Notes under the pieces: model-generated
What the model was told of the DNA's origin: nothing
The model's database searches: none
What the model saw: the letters and a program-made list of their open reading frames with translations, nothing else
In this document: positions 10,363 to 19,154 of the stretch, one piece after another
Layout: every line of letters starts with the position of its first letter
Position numbering within the stretch: the stretch's first letter is position 1
Source: a virus
Taxonomy: Duplodnaviria > Heunggongvirae > Uroviricota > Caudoviricetes
Length of the DNA stretch: 20,412 nucleotides
Direction: 5' to 3' (one strand)
IMG/VR virus record: IMGVR_UViG_2541047739_000001
Translations under genes and position numbers: made by a program

Positions 10363-10761
10363 TCACATCTCGTAGGTAATTTTCCACAGGAGATCTGCCG
10401 ATCCCCACATCATAAACTCATCATCCCGGCGGTAGTCATACCCCTGAAGATTCATCTTCAGCAGTAACGCACTGAGGCCGGGAACCGCCTCCAGCGCAGG
10501 AAGGATTTTCTCTTCCATCCACATATCCAGTGCCGAGTCCGGTTCTTTTGCCCTGAGAAAAACTTCAATATGCAGTGTCGCCTCCCAGGTCCCCTCATCA
10601 ACGAACTCGTCAGCAGCAGACGCATCAGTCAGGTAAACAGCAACAGCAGGCAGTTCCTGTTCATCAATAAAAACCGGGCGGCCGTCAAACCAGCTCACCC
10701 GCTCAGAAATATTGTCTTTCAGGGCAGACAGAACTGCCGCCCGTATTTCACGGTGTTTCAT
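10363..10761 (-). CDS. U: Tail terminator protein U
   Basis: 132 aa, [14 protein letters not shown]...GYDYRRDD...ITYEM matches lambda U as recalled. ATG with GGAGG upstream. Confidence 0.9.
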   Translation of the reverse strand: MKHREIRAAVLSALKDNISERVSWFDGRPVFIDEQELPAVAVYLTDASAADEFVDEGTWEATLHIEVFLRAKEPDSALDMWMEEKILPALEAVPGLSALLLKMNLQGYDYRRDDEFMMWGSADLLWKITYEM

Positions 10762-10773
10762 ACACCCTCCCTG

Positions 10774-11403
10774 TCATTTTCTTTTCAGCACCAGGCGTAA
10801 CTGATGCGTCATGGCTTTCATCATCTGCACTGGTAATTTTTCCCGGTACATCCGGTCCCGTTCACGTTCAAAGGTTTCTGCCAGCGGTCCGGCAGTCGGA
10901 ATTTTCACCACTTCAATTGGCAGACGGTGGCGTTTCGGCCTCCCTTTGCTGTCAGCGCCGGTGGACGATGGTGCCCACGGCATACGCTGCATCACATGCC
11001 AGCGTCCGTTAGCCAGCCGGGTGATAAAGGCGTCCGGGATCCGTCTTTTCCCCACAATCAGCACACTGCCTCCCCCTTTCAGGGCCGCACGCTGTCCTTT
11101 CTTTCTCCGTTTTCTGCGGGAAAGTCGAACGCGGGCCTCCCCCAGTTTGATGGCAGGCAGGTTGCCGGTATTGATGTAAACCTTTGCATAAACCTTATCC
11201 GGTCGTGCCGGACTTAACCGGATGCGGGCACGGATAAGACGGCGGGGAACGGCCAGCTCCCTGGCAACTGAAGTGGCCGTTTTCGCAATGATGGCCCCCG
11301 CCACGCGGTTCAGTGTCGTGGCAGAGGCCCGGGGAACGGCACGGCGGTCAATTGCATCCAGATTTTTCATGGCCTGCGCCAGACCTTTTATTGCCATGCT
11401 CAT
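10774..11403 (-). CDS. Z: Tail completion protein Z
   Basis: 209 aa, MSMAIKGL...SRRKRRKKGQR..LKGGGSVL.VG.RRIP.AFI..L.NGRWHVMQR matches lambda Z as recalled. ATGA overlap with the upstream gene. Confidence 0.9.
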   Translation of the reverse strand: MSMAIKGLAQAMKNLDAIDRRAVPRASATTLNRVAGAIIAKTATSVARELAVPRRLIRARIRLSPARPDKVYAKVYINTGNLPAIKLGEARVRLSRRKRRKKGQRAALKGGGSVLIVGKRRIPDAFITRLANGRWHVMQRMPWAPSSTGADSKGRPKRHRLPIEVVKIPTAGPLAETFERERDRMYREKLPVQMMKAMTHQLRLVLKRK

Positions 11404-11681
11404 TCCTGTTCGACAAAAATCCGGGGTTTACCGTTGTACGTGTCATAACGGGTCACCGTCAGTGTACGGCCCTCAAACACAACAACATCATGACGGGCCG
11501 GACGGTACCGGGCTGAAAACACCACCAGTGACAACTGGCTGCCCGAAAGCGCCCCCATCTCCGCGGACTCTTCCTCAGGCATCACGTCATACACGACGCC
11601 GTTAATCTCCGCTTGTTTGCCCATCACCCGAACGGTCGCCCCGTCCATCCGGCAACACATTCGCGTAAACAGATCAGACAT
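11400..11681 (-). CDS. Putative head-tail adaptor / head completion protein (at the FII position, not clearly an FII homolog)
   Basis: 93 aa ORF with ATG start, translationally coupled on both sides, sitting between the capsid module and Z. Assignment is by position and size only. Confidence 0.5.
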   Translation of the reverse strand: MSDLFTRMCCRMDGATVRVMGKQAEINGVVYDVMPEEESAEMGALSGSQLSLVVFSARYRPARHDVVVFEGRTLTVTRYDTYNGKPRIFVEQE

Positions 11682-12000
11682 TGATTTTTACCGCCACAGT
11701 GGCGCTGTTTGCAGGAGCATTTTCCCAGGCTACCCCCGCGGCCACCGCACCCTCTGCAGCCAGCTGCACAACCCCGTCCTTCAGATAAACCACCGCGCCG
11801 GACTGAATGTCGTCAGCAGACTGTTTGGGCAGAAGGAACACGCCTTCGGCAAAACCGTCACCGGCATCACCGGCAGGAATATCGGTAATGGCCACGGCCA
11901 CCATACTGCCGACCACCACCGCCGCACCGCTCAGGATGGTCTGATCTCCGGCATTCACCAGTTCAATGGTGGTACCGTCCTGTACAAAATTTTTCGCCAT
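11674..12000 (-). CDS. DUF2190-like small head protein (Gly/Ala/Val-rich), function unknown
   Basis: 108 aa, ATG start with GGAGAAA upstream, lying just downstream of the major capsid gene. Composition is typical of small head-associated proteins found beside protease-capsid fusions. Confidence 0.6.
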   Translation of the reverse strand: MAKNFVQDGTTIELVNAGDQTILSGAAVVVGSMVAVAITDIPAGDAGDGFAEGVFLLPKQSADDIQSGAVVYLKDGVVQLAAEGAVAAGVAWENAPANSATVAVKINV

Positions 12001-12043
12001 AATGCTGTTTCTCCGGACAGCCCCTGTGGGGCTGTTTTTCAGG

Positions 12044-12065
12044 CATAAAAAAAGCCCTTTCGGGC
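12044..12065 (-). terminator. Terminator-like GNRA hairpin after the capsid gene
   Basis: Minus strand reads GCCC-GAAA-GGGC followed by TTTTTTT, in the 87 nt gap after the capsid stop. A second stem-loop CAGCCCC-aca-GGGGCTG lies at about 12018-12034. Confidence 0.5.
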
Positions 12066-12087
12066 AGTGATTGTGATAACTCGGTTA

Positions 12088-14067
12088 TCAGGCCACCGAC
12101 GAACGCACCAGCCCGCGCCAGTCAAGTGGTGCCACTCCGGCATCAATACGGATTTTTGTGGCAATGCCGTCAGTGGTGAAACCTTCCTGCTGATCAATGT
12201 ATGGAGTGTCCACACCATCCAGCCAGGCCACTTCAATGGTGTCAGTGCCCTGTGCCGCCGCCAGATACCAGGTTTTCGGATCTGCCGCATCAAGACGCGC
12301 TTCTGCAATCACCTCAGCAAAGTTCTGGATGGGGTTAATGACACCGGCGTTTGCATCCGCCCCTTTCACACTGGCCGATTTGATGGTCTGGTTCGCCACC
12401 GTCTCCAGTGCCACCGGTACCAGCATAAAGGCCGGACGGATATTCAGGGCGCGATCGCCTTCTTTCTGCAGGCGCATCATCTGACGGGCCGCATCCAGTC
12501 CGGAAACGGAAATCCCACCGGTGGCAATATTTTTGTGATCGGCATGGAACAGCGCCTTACCGTCTGACAGTTTCGGGTTATCCGTCAGCACCTTGTAAAC
12601 CAGGTCACCAATCGTTGCCTTCGCCGCACGCCCCATCTTCATCGGCACGTCCACCAGCATATTCAGATCATCATTGATAATGGCCTGGCGGGTGATGGAG
12701 AAAATCTCCCCGTAAGTGGCCAGTGCAATGGTCTCCTTGCGATCTGAGGTGGTGATGTATTTATACTCCGCCCCCTCACGAACCTGGCGCAGAGAACCAA
12801 AACCGCCCATCCCCACGCGATACGCTGTTTTGAAGTCTGACAGGCGTCCCTTACGGGTCCACTTCTGGAAGGTTTCTTCTGATTCCTCCCAGCCCTGGAT
12901 CAGCCCCTTGTTCGACACATCCAGCAGAATATTGCCAAAATCAGAGGTGCTGTGCGTCAGCGCCAGCCCGACCATCTGCATGGGGTTATAACTGGCCACC
13001 CCAATACCGCGCTCCGTCAGTGACATGCGAGCCCATTCACGCAGGGTCATCCCGTTATAGGCGTTATCCTTCTCGACATTTTCAAATCCGGCACGGGCCA
13101 GCATCGCCTGGCGGATCCCGTCCCCCACAAAATTGCCGTTTCCGGCATAAATATGGGCCGGTGTGTTTTTGTTGGTCGGCGATGACTCCTTGCCCATTTC
13201 ATTCAGCAGACGTTCACGGGCCATTTCCAGCGAACAGTCAGGATCAGCCACACACTGCGCCTGAAGCGCCTGATAGCGACCGCCAAACATGGCAAACAGA
13301 TCGTTAATGCCTGACATGCGGGCTTTCTGCTCAGCCATAACGCGGGCGCGAATGGTCGCCTCATCAGACACTGCCGGTACCGGTGATGGTTCTGTTACCG
13401 CCGGTGCAGGGATTGTCACTGTGGTATCACGCGGGGCACTGTTGTATGGCTGCGTGATCATATTTCGGATGGATTCCGGCATCTTTTTAAATTCCTCTGT
13501 ACGTTTTGACTGAATACATGCCATTGCCTTAACGGCTGGCGTCACCTGGTCTGCAAATCCGTGTGCCAGACACTCGGCACCGGACATCCAGGTCTCATCC
13601 GCCAGCATGGCGGCAATTTCATCGGTAGTTTTTCCGGTTTTCTGCGCATATACCGGCACCATAACCGACTCAAGTTTGTCCAGACGTTCGGCATAAGTGC
13701 GCATTTTCTCCGCATCACCACCGCTGATCCCCCAGGGTTTATGGATCATCATGAAGGCATTTTCCGGCATAATGACCGTGTCACCGGCCATCGCAATCAG
13801 GGATGCCATCGAGGCGGCAACGCCATCCACATACACGGTAATGGCCGCACCGTGATTTTTCAGGGCATTAAAAATGGCGATGCCTTCAAAAACATCGCCA
13901 CCCGGTGAGTTGATGTGGAGATTAATGTGGGTGATATCACCCATGGCATTCATATCGCTGACAAACTGCTTCGCGGTAACTCCCCAGAAACCAATCTCGT
14001 CATAAATATAAATATCCGCCTCACCCTGACCACCCGCCTGCATCCTGAACCAGGATTTATTCTTCAT
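12088..14067 (-). CDS. Prohead protease (ClpP/S49-like) fused to major capsid protein
   Basis: Single open frame. The N-terminal domain has protease motifs (DIYIYDEIG, HINLHINSPGG, VDGVAASMASLIAMAG); the C-terminal ~350 aa look like an HK97-fold capsid domain. The supplied ORF begins at a GTG (14259) deep inside the portal gene. I take ATG 14065-14067 (MKNKSWFRMQAGG); ATG 14041-14043 is an alternative. Confidence 0.8.
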   Translation of the reverse strand: MKNKSWFRMQAGGQGEADIYIYDEIGFWGVTAKQFVSDMNAMGDITHINLHINSPGGDVFEGIAIFNALKNHGAAITVYVDGVAASMASLIAMAGDTVIMPENAFMMIHKPWGISGGDAEKMRTYAERLDKLESVMVPVYAQKTGKTTDEIAAMLADETWMSGAECLAHGFADQVTPAVKAMACIQSKRTEEFKKMPESIRNMITQPYNSAPRDTTVTIPAPAVTEPSPVPAVSDEATIRARVMAEQKARMSGINDLFAMFGGRYQALQAQCVADPDCSLEMARERLLNEMGKESSPTNKNTPAHIYAGNGNFVGDGIRQAMLARAGFENVEKDNAYNGMTLREWARMSLTERGIGVASYNPMQMVGLALTHSTSDFGNILLDVSNKGLIQGWEESEETFQKWTRKGRLSDFKTAYRVGMGGFGSLRQVREGAEYKYITTSDRKETIALATYGEIFSITRQAIINDDLNMLVDVPMKMGRAAKATIGDLVYKVLTDNPKLSDGKALFHADHKNIATGGISVSGLDAARQMMRLQKEGDRALNIRPAFMLVPVALETVANQTIKSASVKGADANAGVINPIQNFAEVIAEARLDAADPKTWYLAAAQGTDTIEVAWLDGVDTPYIDQQEGFTTDGIATKIRIDAGVAPLDWRGLVRSSVA

Positions 14068-15559
14068 GCTGGCTGTCGGTGGCCTGCTGACGCTGTTGTT
14101 CAGTTCCGGCACTGTTGCCTCCTTTGTCGTTGACGGGGTCAGTATCAAAGACCAGCCCCAGTCTGCTGTTTTCATCAATTTCAGCCTTGCGGCGACGTTT
14201 GACCTCATCCGGATTGCGCCCGCCGGCACGCACCCAGTCAGATTCTGTCGCTGCACCACCCCGGATCTGAATTCTCCAGGCTTCAGCTTCCTTAACCGGG
14301 TCGATCCACGGCATCACCGGACCGGAATACGTCGCGTTATATAGCGTTTTCATCTCCACATCCGCCGGAATTTTCAGCAGACCTGCCGCAACCACCATAT
14401 TCAGCCATGTCCGGTACACCGGGCGGGTTACCGCGCCAATAAAACAGTCCTGCAGGATCAGGTAACCATCCGTGGACTCGACCAGCTCCTGCCGCTGGGC
14501 ACTGTAGGTGCCGTTATAGTTACGCGCCGCACTGGAAAAACTCAGACGACTGCCCGCTGCCACTGCACGCAACTGGCCGTTGCGGAAAGTTTCAAGGTTG
14601 GGATTGGGACGGTCTGATTTGACCATGCCGATATCCTCGCCCTTGCGCAAATCGTCATAAATAATACCCGGGGTGATATGGACTTCCCGGTCGGTATCTT
14701 TGATCCCCGGATCTTCATAGTCCTGTCCGTCCCCTTTACGGATATACAGTCCCAGCGCCGCGGCAATACGCGCAGCCGTCAGTTCCGCATCCTCATATTC
14801 CTTAAGGGCACTGATCCGCATCAGCACCCCCGATAACATGGATGAGCCTCGCGTCTGATGCAGACGGCGTATGAACTTCAGGTGGATCATTTTTCCGGCA
14901 GCGATTTCTTTCGTATCACTCTGCCGACCGCTGACCGGATAATTTTTATAAACCAGATATTTTTTCGGTCTTCCCCACTCATCAAGAAAAACCCCCTGAT
15001 TCAGCCCGGCGGATTCATCAGTGCGCATGGGAACAAAATCCGGCTCCATCGCCTCAAGCCAGAATGGCACTCCCGCCGTCCGTTCCAGACCGTTTCCCGC
15101 ACCACTGACCATCTGCGCAAACACTTCACCATCCCGCAGCCAGGTCCGCAGCAGTAAACGTTCAAGCACGGGACGGGTATACTGCCCTGTCACATCCGGA
15201 CTCACGGACCATTCAGCCCACAACCGGCGGATATCCGCAGCCAGCTCTGCCGCCATTTCCCCGTTTTTTCGTAATGGCTGAGGCTCCACAATAATTCCCC
15301 TGGCACCAATCACCCGCTCTTCCAGCTTGTCAAACACACCAATCACCAGGTCATGATTGATATCCAGAAAACGGGCCTGCTCCCGCAGGGAAACCGCACC
15401 GTATTTACTGAGCTGATCAGCAGAGCGATTTTCCCGCCGGGCTTTATGTGTCCGGGTCGGTTTCACCGCCTCATAGGCCATGATTAACGCCCTTGAACGC
15501 AGTCTGGCTGCTTTCCACCCGGGGGAAAACACGCCTATCACATCATCAATAATTGCCAT
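14057..15559 (-). CDS. Portal protein, lambda B-like family
   Basis: 500 aa, ATG start overlapping the W stop (TAATG). Located between W and the protease-capsid gene; the LSFSSAARNYNGTYSAQRQELVES region resembles a lambda B motif as recalled. Confidence 0.85.
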   Translation of the reverse strand: MAIIDDVIGVFSPGWKAARLRSRALIMAYEAVKPTRTHKARRENRSADQLSKYGAVSLREQARFLDINHDLVIGVFDKLEERVIGARGIIVEPQPLRKNGEMAAELAADIRRLWAEWSVSPDVTGQYTRPVLERLLLRTWLRDGEVFAQMVSGAGNGLERTAGVPFWLEAMEPDFVPMRTDESAGLNQGVFLDEWGRPKKYLVYKNYPVSGRQSDTKEIAAGKMIHLKFIRRLHQTRGSSMLSGVLMRISALKEYEDAELTAARIAAALGLYIRKGDGQDYEDPGIKDTDREVHITPGIIYDDLRKGEDIGMVKSDRPNPNLETFRNGQLRAVAAGSRLSFSSAARNYNGTYSAQRQELVESTDGYLILQDCFIGAVTRPVYRTWLNMVVAAGLLKIPADVEMKTLYNATYSGPVMPWIDPVKEAEAWRIQIRGGAATESDWVRAGGRNPDEVKRRRKAEIDENSRLGLVFDTDPVNDKGGNSAGTEQQRQQATDSQHEE

Positions 15560-15795
15560 TAAAACCTCGCCAGTTTAAATCCTGGTTTTCCCCGCCTGCG
15601 GCTCACCATCGCGGCAAGCCTGCGTTCCCACTCCTGACGTCCGGCGCGGATCTGAGAAAGGCTTTCCAGCGTCAGTTGCTGTCCGTTGAAGGTGACAGAC
15701 TTCCCCTCCAGTACGGCCATTTCCGCTTCACGGTACCGCTGTATCATTTCTCTGGCTTCTTCTGTGCTCACAACCAGCCTCCTGATGTTATCCAT
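15559..15795 (-). CDS. W: Head-tail joining protein W-like
   Basis: 78 aa between terminase large subunit and portal. C-terminus RRRGKPGF resembles lambda W (…RRRGPAGF) as recalled. Confidence 0.75.
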   Translation of the reverse strand: MDNIRRLVVSTEEAREMIQRYREAEMAVLEGKSVTFNGQQLTLESLSQIRAGRQEWERRLAAMVSRRRGKPGFKLARF

Positions 15796-17891
15796 GGATT
15801 ATCTTCCGCACGCTCCGTCCGCAGTTTTTTCTTCCGGCGACGGCGTTTTTCTGCCCCGGCCGTCAGTTCCGGGGATACCGTTTCACCAGAACGCTCCTGC
15901 GGGAAGACGAGCCACGTTTCCCGCTGTGCCCAGTCCGGTGCGGAGGGCCAGCGGATCTTTTCGTAACCATGCAGAACGGCAAGCGCATCCGCATAAACCA
16001 GCAGGTCAAACGCCTCGTTAGCTCCCCTGCCCGGTTTTCGCCATTTTCCGTCACTGCCGCGCTCTTCATAGGTCAGCTCATCGTAAAACCATCGCCCCAG
16101 CCAGTCGGGAAAGTGGATATAGTTCGGCCCTGGTGTGTCACGCCACAGGGCATTATTTACACGGTCCTTAAACGCATCCGTCTGAACCAGCCACAGCGCG
16201 ACATCGCCACTGGCTCTGGCACGGCGGGCACTTCTGCCGGTATTATCCGGGAAGGTACGGTTAATCAGCCTGTCACGGCGAAGTCCATCCCCCTTGAACA
16301 GAAACACCCTGTTGCCCAGTCCGTCACTCCGGCAACGACGCCAGAAACGATAGGCGTTATCTGTCACCCCGGCTTCCCCTCCCGTATCCACCGCCATGGC
16401 CATCAGACGCATGCGCACATCCGGATCAGAAGCCAGCGGCCATGTTTTATGGAACACATCCGTCAGCAACAAATCCCAGTCCTCCGGATATGCCGCCGGA
16501 TCAACCGGCAGACTTTCACCGTTGGGACTGCAGCGCAGTGAATGCCGGATGTTATAGCGATCAACAATCCAGCGTTCCCCCTGCTCTCCGTATCCGGTGA
16601 TCTGCACAACAAAACGGCGATTTTTACCGCCCTGTACGTCAACCGTTGCCTCAATAAAACGCACACCATCCGGCACAGATCGCCGGGGAAACGGCTCGGC
16701 ACGCTGTTCAAGCAGTTCACTTTTACGCTGTTCCGTGGCTGAACGGGGCAGATAGGGGCGTCCGATATCGGTGTTCACCACCGCTTTCAGGGTCTCTTCA
16801 CTGCCGGTTCGCTCATACTCTTCTTCTGCCGCCAGCAGTTTAAAAATCAGTTGTTCCCAGGTCTGAAACGCCGCAGCCGGCCCCTCCATCCAGAATGACG
16901 CAATCCGGGAATTTCGTGGCGTTCCGGTGATACTGCCGTCCGCCACCGCCCGTTCACCTTCACGAAGCCAGATCCCTTTGTTATTCAGTTCGCGTTTCTG
17001 CTCAGGGGCAATCAGCCCGCGACAATGCGGACACATCAGACGGGCAGCCTGACCGGCAGCCACAAAATCCGGGTTATTCCGGTATCCGGTCATGTTATCC
17101 ATCACCGGCTGAAAATATTCCCCGCAGTGCGGACACGGCCAGTACCACCGGCGGCGGTCTCCCCGGTTATACAGTGACAGGATCCCCGTTGTTGGCGGTG
17201 CCTCATGTGCGCCGCCACAGCGCCATTTGGTGTCAGTGATATCCCGCCCCGGCGAACTCTCGACCAGGGTCATCCCCGAGGACATAAAGGTGGTGGTACG
17301 CTTTGATGCCAGGGTGAAGGCATCCCCTTCCCCGTCCACGTTTTCAGGGAAACGGTCATAATCCGTCAGCGCCACACGACGGTAATCCGAAGAAGAAAAT
17401 ACAGTGATCGACGGCCAGCCAATCTTCAGGAAGGAGCCGTCAAGAAACATTTTATCGTGGACGTTGTTGTCATTACGGGAAGGACTGAGACGCTTACTGA
17501 CCTCCGGGCTGTGACGAAACGTTCTGGAAAGACGCGTTCTGGAGTGTTCCCGCGCCTTCGTCTCGGTCATTTGCACCACCAGCATATCCGCCGGATCACA
17601 GATGATGCCGTACACAATCCAGCCGTCAATCAGCCCTTCGGTTTTCCCGGTTCGCGCAGGTCCCACAAACACCACCGCGTCATATTCACGGGCTGATAAT
17701 GTATTAATAGGGTCAATCATATAGGGCGTCAGCGATGACTCCCACGGACCGGAAGTATTGGCTCCCCGTGGTACCCGCATATAACGCCTGATGGCTTCCG
17801 CTACTGGTAACCGGCTGGGCGGGCGAAACAGCGAGGCCACTTCGCGCCAGATATCGGATGCGCGGCTATGGCTCTCGTTCACCTGATTCAC
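15768..17891 (-). CDS. A: Terminase large subunit (lambda gpA family)
   Basis: 707 aa. SLFRPPSRLPVAEAIRRYMRVP aligns with the lambda A N-terminus as recalled; a Walker A-like motif VGPARTGKTE is present. Start is GTG at 17889-17891 overlapping the small-subunit stop (ATGTGA), with GAGG 7 nt upstream. There is no in-frame ATG nearby. Confidence 0.92.
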   Translation of the reverse strand: MNQVNESHSRASDIWREVASLFRPPSRLPVAEAIRRYMRVPRGANTSGPWESSLTPYMIDPINTLSAREYDAVVFVGPARTGKTEGLIDGWIVYGIICDPADMLVVQMTETKAREHSRTRLSRTFRHSPEVSKRLSPSRNDNNVHDKMFLDGSFLKIGWPSITVFSSSDYRRVALTDYDRFPENVDGEGDAFTLASKRTTTFMSSGMTLVESSPGRDITDTKWRCGGAHEAPPTTGILSLYNRGDRRRWYWPCPHCGEYFQPVMDNMTGYRNNPDFVAAGQAARLMCPHCRGLIAPEQKRELNNKGIWLREGERAVADGSITGTPRNSRIASFWMEGPAAAFQTWEQLIFKLLAAEEEYERTGSEETLKAVVNTDIGRPYLPRSATEQRKSELLEQRAEPFPRRSVPDGVRFIEATVDVQGGKNRRFVVQITGYGEQGERWIVDRYNIRHSLRCSPNGESLPVDPAAYPEDWDLLLTDVFHKTWPLASDPDVRMRLMAMAVDTGGEAGVTDNAYRFWRRCRSDGLGNRVFLFKGDGLRRDRLINRTFPDNTGRSARRARASGDVALWLVQTDAFKDRVNNALWRDTPGPNYIHFPDWLGRWFYDELTYEERGSDGKWRKPGRGANEAFDLLVYADALAVLHGYEKIRWPSAPDWAQRETWLVFPQERSGETVSPELTAGAEKRRRRKKKLRTERAEDNPWITSGGWL

Positions 17892-18364
17892 ATATCGGCC
17901 TCATCACAACAGTCAATGACTGCCTTTTCCAGTGTGTCGCGGATCTCATCAACCACAATCTGTACTTCATTCAGTTGTGATGCGGTCCACCCTCTGTCCC
18001 TTTCCAGCCGGTCAGGCCAGGTTTCCAGTACCTGAACTATCGCTTTCACCACGACAGAAAAGGACCGCCTGACATCACTGACAGGCACAAGCTGAACAGT
18101 TTCATGCTGAAATTTAAGACGCTCGCGCTCGGACTGATACCATGCCTTCCGATCATGTGGGTTCATCTCTTCATCTTCGGAAGTCGGTGGTTTTTCCAGC
18201 AACGAAATAATCAAATCCGTCAGGAGATACAGTTTTTTCTTTTCATTACTGCCTGGTGCAAGAGGAACATCCGCCATTCTGGCGGCAACAGTCTGCCGGT
18301 GCAGACCTGAAAGGGCTGCCAGTTGATTAATATTTAACTTCATATTTTTCAGCTCGCCGTCCAT
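17888..18364 (-). CDS. nu1: Terminase small subunit (Nu1-like, N-terminal HTH)
   Basis: 158 aa. ATG at 18362-18364 with strong GGAGGG upstream. KLNINQLAALSGLHRQTV resembles the lambda Nu1 N-terminal HTH (…VNKKQLADIFGASIRTI) as recalled. Sits directly upstream of the large subunit and downstream of the cos-like region. Confidence 0.85.
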   Translation of the reverse strand: MDGELKNMKLNINQLAALSGLHRQTVAARMADVPLAPGSNEKKKLYLLTDLIISLLEKPPTSEDEEMNPHDRKAWYQSERERLKFQHETVQLVPVSDVRRSFSVVVKAIVQVLETWPDRLERDRGWTASQLNEVQIVVDEIRDTLEKAVIDCCDEADM

Positions 18365-18600
18365 TTACATCCCTCCACATAAACCGCTGAACAAAAGTGG
18401 CTCTTTTTTTGTAAAGAAATGCCGCCATATAAAGATGTCGAACAAAAATCAACCGCAATCATCATCTTTTTAATGCTAAACACATTAAAAACAATAAGTT
18501 ACCATTATGATGATGATGACGATAAAATCACAAAAATGCGCCTTTTTCCGCGCCGCCCGCCCCGTGTACAGCCCCACCCCACCGGGAGGACCCGTCAGCC
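18365..18600. other. cos packaging region (cosQ-like, cosN-like and cosB-like parts)
   Basis: Minus strand reads GACGGGTCCTCCCGGTG...ACACG GGGCGGGCGGCG CGGAAAAAGG, resembling the lambda sequence around cosN as recalled. It is followed towards Nu1 by an AT-rich stretch with inverted ATCATCATC / GATGATGATGATG repeats. Confidence 0.6.
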
Positions 18601-18605
18601 AGACA

Positions 18606-18633
18606 TAAAAAAACCGCCATGATGAGGCGGTTT
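18606..18633 (-). terminator. Intrinsic terminator-like hairpin downstream of the 70 aa gene
   Basis: Minus strand reads CCGCC-TCATCAT-GGCGG followed by TTTTTTTA, about 20 nt after the stop at 18653. Confidence 0.6.
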
Positions 18634-18652
18634 AATAATCACAGGTATCAGG

Positions 18653-18865
18653 TTACTGCTCACTCCATACAAAATCATCGCTTCCCTTTCGATAAGAGCC
18701 GTAATGCACTTCATATCCATCGCCAACCATTTTTGCTTTTGTCTCGGCAACCTCTTTTGTTGCATAGACGCCTACAAGATGCCATGGCGATCCTTTAACA
18801 ACAGCCCATCCTTTAACCCAACCTTTGTTGATTGGATCTGGCTCTAATCCTTCCGCAATAAACAT
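18653..18865 (-). CDS. Hypothetical 70 aa protein (late-region moron candidate)
   Basis: ATG start with strong AAGGAGA 6 nt upstream. AT-rich compared with the structural genes. No family recognised by eye. Confidence 0.6.
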   Translation of the reverse strand: MFIAEGLEPDPINKGWVKGWAVVKGSPWHLVGVYATKEVAETKAKMVGDGYEVHYGSYRKGSDDFVWSEQ

Positions 18866-18906
18866 AATTATCTCCTTTTTGGGTACCCGGAGACATTCTA
18901 TGTCAT

Positions 18907-19131
18907 TCAGGAAACAGGCAACAATGTCGCTGATACAATCCCCGCCATATTTGCATTCAGATCACATTCAACAGAGATTTCTTCATCCGTGGCATCCACT
19001 TCATATGTTCGTGAATAACATTCCGTGCATTTACCACTGAATGTGCCTTCAGCCAGAACACGCCCACGCTGTAAAACCCGGAACGGAATTGTTCCGTTAA
19101 AGGGCTTTACGGTTACCAGTAATTTCTTCAT
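18907..19131 (-). CDS. Hypothetical 74 aa protein (late-region moron candidate)
   Basis: ATG start with GGAGGA 4 nt upstream, 23 nt after the Rz stop. Contains a CxxC pair and a third Cys. No family recognised. Confidence 0.6.
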   Translation of the reverse strand: MKKLLVTVKPFNGTIPFRVLQRGRVLAEGTFSGKCTECYSRTYEVDATDEEISVECDLNANMAGIVSATLLPVS

Positions 19132-19154
19132 ACATCCTCCGGATAATAAAAAGA

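Noticed and set aside
12088-14259. Full 723 aa extent of the protease-capsid ORF starting at 14259
   Set aside because: Codon 1 is a GTG deep inside the portal gene with no Shine-Dalgarno; the first 64 codons are more plausibly an open alternate frame of the portal 3' end.
15969-16541. 190 aa + strand ORF antisense to the terminase large subunit
   Set aside because: Embedded antisense in a conserved gene; no ribosome-binding site or recognisable domain.
18419-18622. 67 aa + strand ORF spanning the cos region (poly-Asp then Pro/Arg-rich)
   Set aside because: Its composition reflects the ATGATGATG repeat and the GC-rich cosN core; it lies across a packaging site and a terminator.
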